Under the pieces are notes generated by a model. That model had not been told where the DNA came from, did not search any database, and worked only from the letters and a program-made list of their open reading frames with translations. 64,000 bases of DNA from positions 48,050,001 through 48,114,000 of the forward strand of contig OZ024745.1 in NCBI GenBank assembly GCA_964016885.1. The letters run 5' to 3'. Positions within the stretch are counted from its first letter, which is position 1. Every line of letters starts with the position of its first letter. Origin of the DNA: Eledone cirrhosa (Eukaryota). The position numbers and the translations under genes were made by a program. Shown here one piece after another: positions 55,047-64,000 of the stretch.

Positions 55047-55960
55047 AGTCTAACGTTGACCAAGCATTCGAGTTTACTGAAGATTAGGTCGTCAAAGTAT
55101 TGGTGAGATGACGAGAATATATAGGAAGGAATAACTTAGGAATCGACGAGTAATTCCTAAGTACAAAAAAAAAAAATCTTGATGGGGCTCAAATGCCCCA
55201 GTATCTTTTAGTAGTTGCTCGAGGTTAGCCATCTTGGATAGAAAAATAGGCTTGAAAGATAGGTTAGTAATTAGAGAGCACCATGTCGATGAGGGAGGTA
55301 CTTCGATAGAAGGGTGGATTCTGTGAGTAGGTTTACAATATGCTAATGTAAAGCTGGGTGGTTGAGGAGCCAGAGCTCGCATTTAGAGCTGTTGATATAG
55401 AGGCTCCTACGACCAAGTTCCTCAATCATCGTCCTCGCAGTTGCAAGGACTTTATTTGGATGACCACCCAAAACTAGCATCATCAAGATATCAGACATTC
55501 AAATCCAGGTAAGCCCCCATCTTGGTAACGTCATCGATACCCAGTGCGAATAAAACAGTTCAGAGCGGGTCACCCTGTTGGACTCCTGAGGCAGATAGAA
55601 TGAAATGGTCTCCAAAGGAGAGGTAGGAGGGCTCCTGATAAGCTTGTCAAATAACACGATAGAGTTGTGGGGCCCTCTCCTTTACTGATGGAATTGAAGG
55701 CGTTCCTGAAATTAAGTTTGAGGATAACCTTGAAGACCCCCAGGAGGAAAGTTGGTAAAAGTTCTTGTGGCGTGAGCGGCTGCTTCACAACCCAGCTTGG
55801 TACGCCCGACCCCAAGCTGAATAGGGGAAAATCTACTGAAAGGCAGTCTGAAACTAATGACAGACACACTTTTACTGTTAGCAGCCGCAGAGTGCACCCA
55901 ACTGCTATAGGGTGGAGGTCGCCATTGGGCTTTGTTAAACAAAACAGTTTAGCCATGTCC
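55047..55960 (-). mobile_element. CRE-like LINE, RT part (host, upstream of the gypsy insertion)
   Basis: KPNGDLHPIAVGCTLRLL, LKLNFRNAFNSI, GVQQGDPL and YLDDASF motifs. Confidence 0.85.
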
Positions 55961-56059
55961 CCACCCCCAATAATTATATTTTTCTCCCCAAACTATCAAA
56001 GCACACATCTATTTATAAATGCGCGACAATTTATGTACATGTTCGGTAGAGACAGATGG

Positions 56060-57000
56060 GAGAGATAGATATAGATATAGGGAGAGTTTGATGGTAATTG
56101 ATATAGTGAGGGGGGTTGGGAGAGTGTGTTGTATATTAGATATAGAGAGGGGGAGAGATCGGTGTTTATTGATATAGAGAGAGGAATTTGAAAAAGAGTT
56201 CCGTGTAGTAGATATACAGAGGGGAAGAGTTTCGTGTTAATTTATATAGAAAGGGGGATTGGAATAGAGTTCCGTATAGTAGATATAGAGACGGGGAGAG
56301 TTTGGTGCTAACTGATATACGGAAGGGGGAATGAAAGAGAGTACCGCGTAGTAGATATAGAGAGTGGGAGAGTTTGGTGGTAATGAATAGAGTGAAAGGA
56401 TTGATAGATATAGATAGGGGAGAGTTTGGTAGTGATGGATAAAGTGAGAGGGAATGAGAGAGATGTTGTATGGTAGATATATAGAGAGGGATAGTTTGGT
56501 GATAATTGATATATAGAGAGGGATTGGGAGAGGGTGTTGTATGGTAGATATAGAGAGGAGGAGAGATTGGTGTTTTTGATATATAGAGAAATATTGGAAG
56601 AGAGTTCCATGTATTAGATATAGAGAGGGGCGATAGTTTTTGCGTTAATTGATATAGAGAGGGTGGTTGGACGAAATTACCGTGTAGAAAATATAGAGGG
56701 GGAGAATTTGGTGGTCGTAGATATACAGAGAGGGATAATGGGAGAGTGCCGTGTAGTAGATATACAGAGAGGGAGAGTTTAGAGGTGATTGATATACAGA
56801 GTTGGATTGGGAAAGATAAGTGTAGATATTTATAGAGAGTGAGAGAGTATATTAGTTTTATATAAAGAGATTGGGATAAGAGAGGCGATGTCGTGGTAGA
56901 TATAGAGAGGGGTAGCGTTTGGTTTTAGTAGATACTGAGAGGGGGATTAAAAGAGAGTTTTGTGTGATAGATACAGAGAGGAGCAGAGTTTGGTGGTAGT
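56060..57000. repeat. Degenerate GA-rich minisatellite (GTAGATATAGAGAGGGG..AGTTTGGTG units)
   Basis: Recurrent ~30/60-bp units; a similar block lies at 43640-43940. Confidence 0.7.
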
Positions 57001-57297
57001 CTCGTGTCCCAAATAATAGGAGGGGTGGCAATATTGTGTGGGCGGGTTGGGGTGGCGCTTGGGAAATCAGTAATTGTACAGTGTACATTCGTAAATATGG
57101 GATTTCTCTTGTAATGCCATAAATGAATGTGTGTGTATATATATATATATATATATAAATATATATATATATACGAGTAGGAGATGAATAAATTAGGTAT
57201 AATACCAGTTTCTTACCAAATACGAAGAAGTTCGATATATTAACCCCTTAGGAAAGGGCACAGAGCAAAATTTGTTTTTAATATATATATATATATA

Positions 57298-57500
57298 CAG
57301 TGGCGGTGGAACTGGTGGTGGTAGGGGGCATGCCCCCCCCCCCCCAATTATATTTTCTCCCCAAACTATCAAAGCACACATCTATTTGGATATGCGCTAC
57401 AATTTATGTACATGTTGTGTAAAGAGCTAAACTAATCACTACAACTAAATTGTCCAAATTTGCCACCACCTCCCCATTCAGAAATGCTTCCACCGCTCCT
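57298..57500. mobile_element. MITE with hAT-type terminal inverted repeats
   Basis: CAGTGGCGGTGGAA...TTCCACCGCTCCT. An internal segment is duplicated at about 55960-56043, and another copy starts at 63987. Confidence 0.55.
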
Positions 57501-59419
57501 TGACACAGGTATCTTAAACTACATCTAAAAAAATTCCACCCGACTGATTGACATGCAGTCGCTTACATACACAGTCCAAACTATGGCGCACAGATGTGCT
57601 GTCTCCCCTCCCTCTTTTTTCACCTGGATGTAGTACAGCTGGGTTAACGAAGGTGGATAAGACGCAGCTTGCTTCTCCAAAGAAGCAAAAACCAGTGCAG
57701 TATCTATCGATAGACGATCACAATATGTCAATAAGCTTGTGGTTATCATATTTGCAAAGTGAATGTTTGCCTGTTAGTAGTTTGACCATTTCGGAAGCAG
57801 TTATAAATGTTTGTATGTGTAGCAATTTCATGTCAGAACTAACCGAAAGTGGAGCCCTTCAACAACATTTCACAGCCGATGAATGTCCCGGTCCTGTAAC
57901 AGTTACTGAAAGCAAATCAGTTTTAATTATGTATTGTTTTTAAGTATGGAAATAGTAATACTGTAAACGTATTTTTTATTATTTGCGTAATAACTATCTA
58001 TTCAAATGAAGCTAAGTTGTCTTTTTCTTTTTGGAGACTGTTGTCTACTCGTAGAAGTAATGTGTAGGCTTGCTTGGCAGTGGGATATCGGTAAAGAGAA
58101 GTGAATTTTTCCCTTTCGGCGGAAGTTGAAATACATTCTCCTACGCTGATAGCGATTGGCTGAACTGAGCCAAACAACGTATGGAGAATGTATTCAAGAG
58201 CCATCGAATGTAGGTCACTACAGGTTCATTTGATTGAGGTGATCGTAGAAATTGCGGGACGGGTAGAATGGAAGTAAATCTAGATTAAGGTCTGATGTGG
58301 CCAGCTAGTATGGTAGTTTTGTTTGGAAAAGTACTGTTTAGAAAGGATGACTTTTGTTTGGAGAAGTACTGCTTAGAAAGGAATCATGGTTAAAAAATGA
58401 CTTAGAGGAGATTCGTAGAGTTGGCAGAGACCCTCTTGGCAATCTAGAAGGTATCTTGAATGTTCCTGCAATGTAAGAAGGCACCCTTCATTCTTCTGGT
58501 GGCTGTGTTGTAGGGTGTACAATTGTGGAATGAATGTTTATTGGTTAGAGGTGGATGTAGACAATGTTCTTCACATGTACAGTTGTAGTCTGGCAGCGTG
58601 TGAACTACACGGAGGTTAATTGTTTGCAGATTGTACTTATGTGATGGACATAATTAATAGTTCAATTTCTATAAATTGCTTCGAAGTTTCAGGGGGCTCA
58701 GCGCGAATACCATCCTACAGCGATTTAGCAGAAAATATTTGAAAGTAGGTTTGTCAATTCAAATGTTTATAGTATCTTTACTAGTGGATATATAACTGTA
58801 AAATTACGCAGTAACAGTAAACTAAAGTAAACACTTTAATTCTTTATGTGATGTAGTCATAGTATTGTATTATTCTTTTTAAAATATCTTGCTAATGTGG
58901 TTTTGTGTGGTAGAGAGCATTAAGAGTCAATACTAGGGATAAGTGGTGCAGAATGGACAGCGCTCCGACTTATTTGTTCAATTAAAATGCATTGATTCAA
59001 GGATTAAAAAAAATATATTAATGGCTTAATGATAGTATCTATGGCAATTTTCATAGTCTCCCTGAGTAGTATGAGAAAGAGGAAAGCTAATCTTAGAACG
59101 GAAACCCAACTCGAATGTTTAGATCAAGCAACAGATTAAGTATACGACTAAAAGTCTCTCCGATGCATTTTCATACTATTTCCGCTTACCAAATTTGACT
59201 CGAGGTTAAGTTGTCTAATGTACCGCACGTTGGGACCAAATTGAAACCATGTAATTACGTGTATTCTTAACCACATAGCCATGCTTACGCAATGATTCAT
59301 ATTGGTAGAATCGCTATTTGTATCTCAGAGAGCAATATTAAGCATGGCTTGAGTGTCTGTAAAAAGTAGTCGGAGTCAAAACGAGACTGAAGTCCGTGAA
59401 TAGAGTAAGTAATTACTCC

Positions 59420-59494
<75 letters not shown>

Positions 59495-59503
59495 ATATAC
59501 TCC

Positions 59504-59567
<64 letters not shown>

Positions 59568-59921
59568 ACCATGTTGTCCATAGTGTTAGCCTAACTCGTG
59601 GATTCCGACAGAGTATTGTAACTCGTGTTACAATATCTACTGCATTACAATATTTATACTGTTACAAACTTCATAATAGTAAAGCTAACTAATTATGTAC
59701 TCTTTCTACAACTCAAACTCGTTCCTAGGGTTAAATTTCTTTACTGCAAAAGTAAATTTGTGTTTCTATATAGACTTCATTTATATGACATATCATATTT
59801 CTAATAATCTTAAGAATTTTCGGTTGACTATATAATAAGGTTGGGTGACATTCTGAATATCATGTTAACGTGTGTAATGTTCTTGGACAAAAAATTGAAG
59901 TCTTAGTCGCCCAGTTCACTT

Positions 59922-60042
<121 letters not shown>

Positions 60043-60210
60043 TAGGTAAATATACACGGGTGTGTATGATTGTGTATAGAAGATTATATTAATATTAATA
60101 AGAGGAATTCCAACTTTGTCTGATTTACTCGTTTTATTTACAATCCTTTAAAATATATAATGGTATTATAATGAAATAGTATGGTAGAATATTAAATTCT
60201 AAGTGTTAAT

Positions 60211-60249
60211 TGAACAAGTACTTTCATGCTTTCGCAATCTTCAGGTTCA
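60211..60249 (-). ncRNA. Type I minimal hammerhead ribozyme
   Basis: TGAAC-CTGAAGA-TTGC GAAA GCAT-GAAA-GTAC-TT-GTTCA: perfect stem I, GNRA-capped stem II and palindromic stem III. Confidence 0.8.
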
Positions 60250-60899
60250 TAATATGTGGTGACAGTCAAGTTTGCAATTTTCACAGTTGAAAATTATATA
60301 TTTTAAAGGATTGTAAATAAAACGAGTAAATCAGACAAAGTTGGAATTCCTCTTATTAATATTAATATATATATATATATATGTCCTTTGATATATATAT
60401 GTCCTACTCCACAACTAGAAAATCTGAGGATACCGTTCTCATAACAACAAATGCATGAAAGACATCTTGATTCCATGGGAGAACCGATGAAATAATTATA
60501 ATGATTAAACGATTCATGTAATAGCAGTATCTTTGTTTATGTTATATATATATATATATATATGCAAATCTGTCATTTTTCTAAAATACATCAGAAATAG
60601 TGTAATTGATGAGTATTTTGTTTAGCCTGATTACTAAGATTAAATTATCCCCTTTGCTTTTCTACGCCTCTACCGTTTCTCCTCCTCTCGCGGAAGTGGT
60701 AGCACCCACTTTTTGAATCAATCAGCTAAGTGATGATGCAACTTGTCAACAGGAGTCGCAACAGATTAAACAAATTAAAGTGCGATAACAGAAAAGGAAG
60801 GAATCATTCTATTACGTCGCGGCGTATCCCGTTTCAAATATTTTCACATAATTACTATGGCAGTCGTAACTATATCAAATAGCTATGCTTCATAAAAGA

Positions 60900-61083
60900 T
60901 AATTGTTTCTACTTTAGGCACAAGGCCAGCAATTACCCAGTGCATTACTGGTACTTTATTTTATCGACCCCGTAAGGATGAAAGGCAAAGTCAACTTCGG
61001 CGGGATTTGAACTCAGATCGTAAAGGGACGTAACTATGCTGGAAAGCATGGCGTCCAACCCTCTACCGATACTGCCAATCCAC
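60900..61083 (-). mobile_element. tRNA-derived SINE (young family)
   Basis: Near-identical to 22651-22839. Confidence 0.88.
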
Positions 61084-64000
61084 ACAATACAATATTAGAA
61101 TAAAGCCTTTGTTGAGAGTCGACAAACAGTAGATAATACACCAATGCTCATATTTATTGTGTAAACCATTGTGGTGAATGATATATCCTAGTTGGATTGT
61201 TTATCAATATAGACGTGAGGAAAGTCCCTCGTCTATTTACCATTTTTGTAAATGAGAATTATAACAAGTGAGTGGGTGTGTGTGTTGATGAGATAATAAC
61301 CACAACGAGAGTTCTATTTAACAATGTAAATAATGGTGATGTTTATTTTGCTTATCATGTGTTTATTATATTACAAATGAAACATACCAAATATAGGCGT
61401 GGTCAGTTGTAGTGAAGGGAACGTATTACAATTACAAAGGTATTGTGGTGTTTGCTGTTCCCGTGGCTGTTTATCGTTTCGTGGTACAGAGGCTGTCTGC
61501 TTTCCCGTGGCTGTCTGCTGCTTACCTCAAAGGGGTTCTCAACCAGTGGGAGACAACTAGGCCTGGTCCATTATCCGACAGGGGGCGTAAGGCGTCTTAC
61601 TACACCATCAATATAATAATTGCGTCTTTAACTAAAAATTTAACAGGGAAGGAATAATTGATTGAATCGACCCTTGGAAAGATGTGAAAGGCAAACTTGA
61701 CTTCGGTGGGATTATAACCTAGAAGGAAATAGAACGTAATTAAGTACCACAAAAGTCATTTGCCATAGAAAAAAATCATTAGAAATTAAGGGTTGAACTG
61801 AAAAATCAAAATATGTATTTAACGTCATTCTTATTAATTTCACCCGCCTTTCACAAAAATATTCTAAGTGTAATGGGGATTCTTAAACTTGAAGAAATCG
61901 ACAAGGTCTTCGTTTGAAAGATAAAAATCTGATTTCTTTAACGGCGTTGACTACGCCACTATAGATCTTTTATTATAGCCACTGGAATGGCAGGCATCTG
62001 TAGTTTCCGACAACAAATGGGCATCATTGCTCACATAAAAATGTAGTTACCTCTGTTGGAGGACATAATTGATTGCTTCAATGAGATGATATAATACTAG
62101 CCGCCAGTGCGAAACTCCTTTCCATACAAACTCGCCTAAAATCGCCCTTGTTTATTTTCCATTATACAAAACTACCCGTTTCATGGTTATATTAAAACAT
62201 TATGGCATAATTTTATGCAAGAACTTCAACTTAATAATAAGAAGAATGAAGCTGTATTATCAAAATTAATTGAAACATGAACTGTCTATTTCATTAGAAT
62301 TATGGCAACGAATGGGTTAACCTCCCCTTGGGGGTTTTCTCGTCCGAGTCATACTGAGTCAGAGGAAAAGCAAAGCTGGTAGGTTTTAGAGAGATAATCG
62401 AATGAAGGGATTGCCAAGAATGTCAGCAATGGGTCCTCCGATCAATTTGTAGATTTGATGGATAGCCGTTGACTCTTTGTTGAATGAATCCACTCTTGTA
62501 GACAGACACTGTTTTTGTCATATTCAAGGTCTTCATACATTTTCCACATTGCAGCTTGAGACCCTGCTTGGTGTTACCAATTTACTTGCCGACGGCTCGA
62601 TCATGAAATAGGTAATACATGATCACTAGTAGTAGATTATTTAATCTGACTTAATACCCTTATAACTACGAACCTGAGAAAAATATCTGACATACGAATC
62701 AAACTAAAGCGTAGTAGCAACTCGTTCGCTATGAGTGCGTGTGTGAGGGTTTTCAGCTCCTCAGCATATTTCAGGCTTCCCAATTTTTCAAACAGACGTG
62801 CATATATCGCTTATCTATAACTGGTCGGTGCTTACTAATCACATCTCACTCTCCTAGTTAAAGGAATGTGTCTTGATATGAATATGCATAAGAAAGGATT
62901 TTCACAAGAGGAAACGCGTCAATTACAAATCAGAAATTAGAATTTGCAAAGGAAGTTCGTACTTTCTTTCTTTTTTTAGTAGAATGGGATAAATCTATTA
63001 ACTTTTTCAGTGAATTGATTGCATTAATCAAGAGTTAAGTAAAATTTAAAAAAGAATTCTTTTTACGAATGAAATTCCGCTTACGTCATACATACACGCA
63101 CACATGGTGGCTGCCAACTCGTTTTCGAGTATGGCCACTACTTTATATCCATGTAGGAGAACCCCTACCGATGCGCTGAACGAGTGTGACTTTTTAGTCC
63201 AGCCAGCGACTTGAAAACTCTGGTACAAACACTACACTTGTGACAATTACTGTCACATACTGCTGGGCCCATGGTACCATGTGACGACAAGTGCAGAGAG
63301 ATCTCCAGATATAAAGCAATGCCTGTGCCGTGAAGCTTTTATAGTGAGTAAAGGCACTGCACAAAGCCAGTCCCACTCTCTTAACCAAGATGATATTTAC
63401 CAAAAAGAAGAACAAATCAACATCATTGGATACCATCAGGGTTGCAGGTGTTATATCAGAGTTTCCCTTCTCCTAGAATTCTGCATTGACAAAGGCTCAG
63501 GGCTCATCTATCCCGGTGATTTTGGATGGCCATTGACTCTTAAGAGGTCCTTTGCTCTTTGACAGGTTTTGTTTTTAGTCCTGCAGGATGTCCAAAGTCA
63601 CCCTCCTCACCAAGAAAACTTGGTGGGGTTGCCAGTTTAGTCGCCAACGACCCGACCATGAGACAGGTTATACTGGGATACATGTTACCAGTAGCACCAA
63701 CTGATGACCTGACAATGTACACGCACACATACACGCATGCATACATACATACATACACACATGCATGCATGTATGTATGATGGCCGCAACTCGATTTTGT
63801 GTAATGTCTTCGTTTGATACTTAAGCATGAACGTGGTATCACGGACGTGGCTTTTTAGTCCTGCTAGGGACTTTGCCTGTGACCAGCAATGCCATGCATC
63901 GCAAAAAAATGTCATATATCAAGCTGGATATATTAACTCCTTAGGAAAGGGCACAGAGCCTAATTTTCTTTAATTATATATATATACAGTGGCGCTGGAA

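Noticed and set aside
56060-57000. CRISPR-like array
   Set aside because: The units are degenerate with no identical repeats or unique spacers, the context is eukaryotic, and there are no cas genes.

Overview
AT-rich, microsatellite-laden animal genomic DNA. The tRNA-derived SINE family and repeat landscape look cephalopod/Octopus-like; this is inference. One complete host gene is supported: MIX23/CCDC58, with 5 coding exons on + (4419-13649, 146 aa, four phase-0 GT-AG introns). A possible divergent spliced transcript starts just upstream on -. The rest is transposon-derived: RTE, Tx1/L1, R4/Dong-like and CRE-like LINE fragments, several Penelope-like elements (PLEs), a full-length but decayed Ty3/gypsy element (LTRs, 4-bp TSD, PBS, PPT) inserted in a CRE-like LINE, two nested antiparallel non-autonomous Helitrons, a fossil DNA transposase, SINEs and MITEs. 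The most striking unannotated layer is a dense set of minimal type-I hammerhead ribozyme motifs from unrelated families. Most sit in short inverted-repeat cassettes beside (TA)n tracts, and one family has a recurring CAGAAGA core variant that is also carried by a Helitron. The gypsy leader also carries an antisense CRE fragment homologous, at protein level, to the CRE region into which it is inserted. All calls are by eye; no searches were run.
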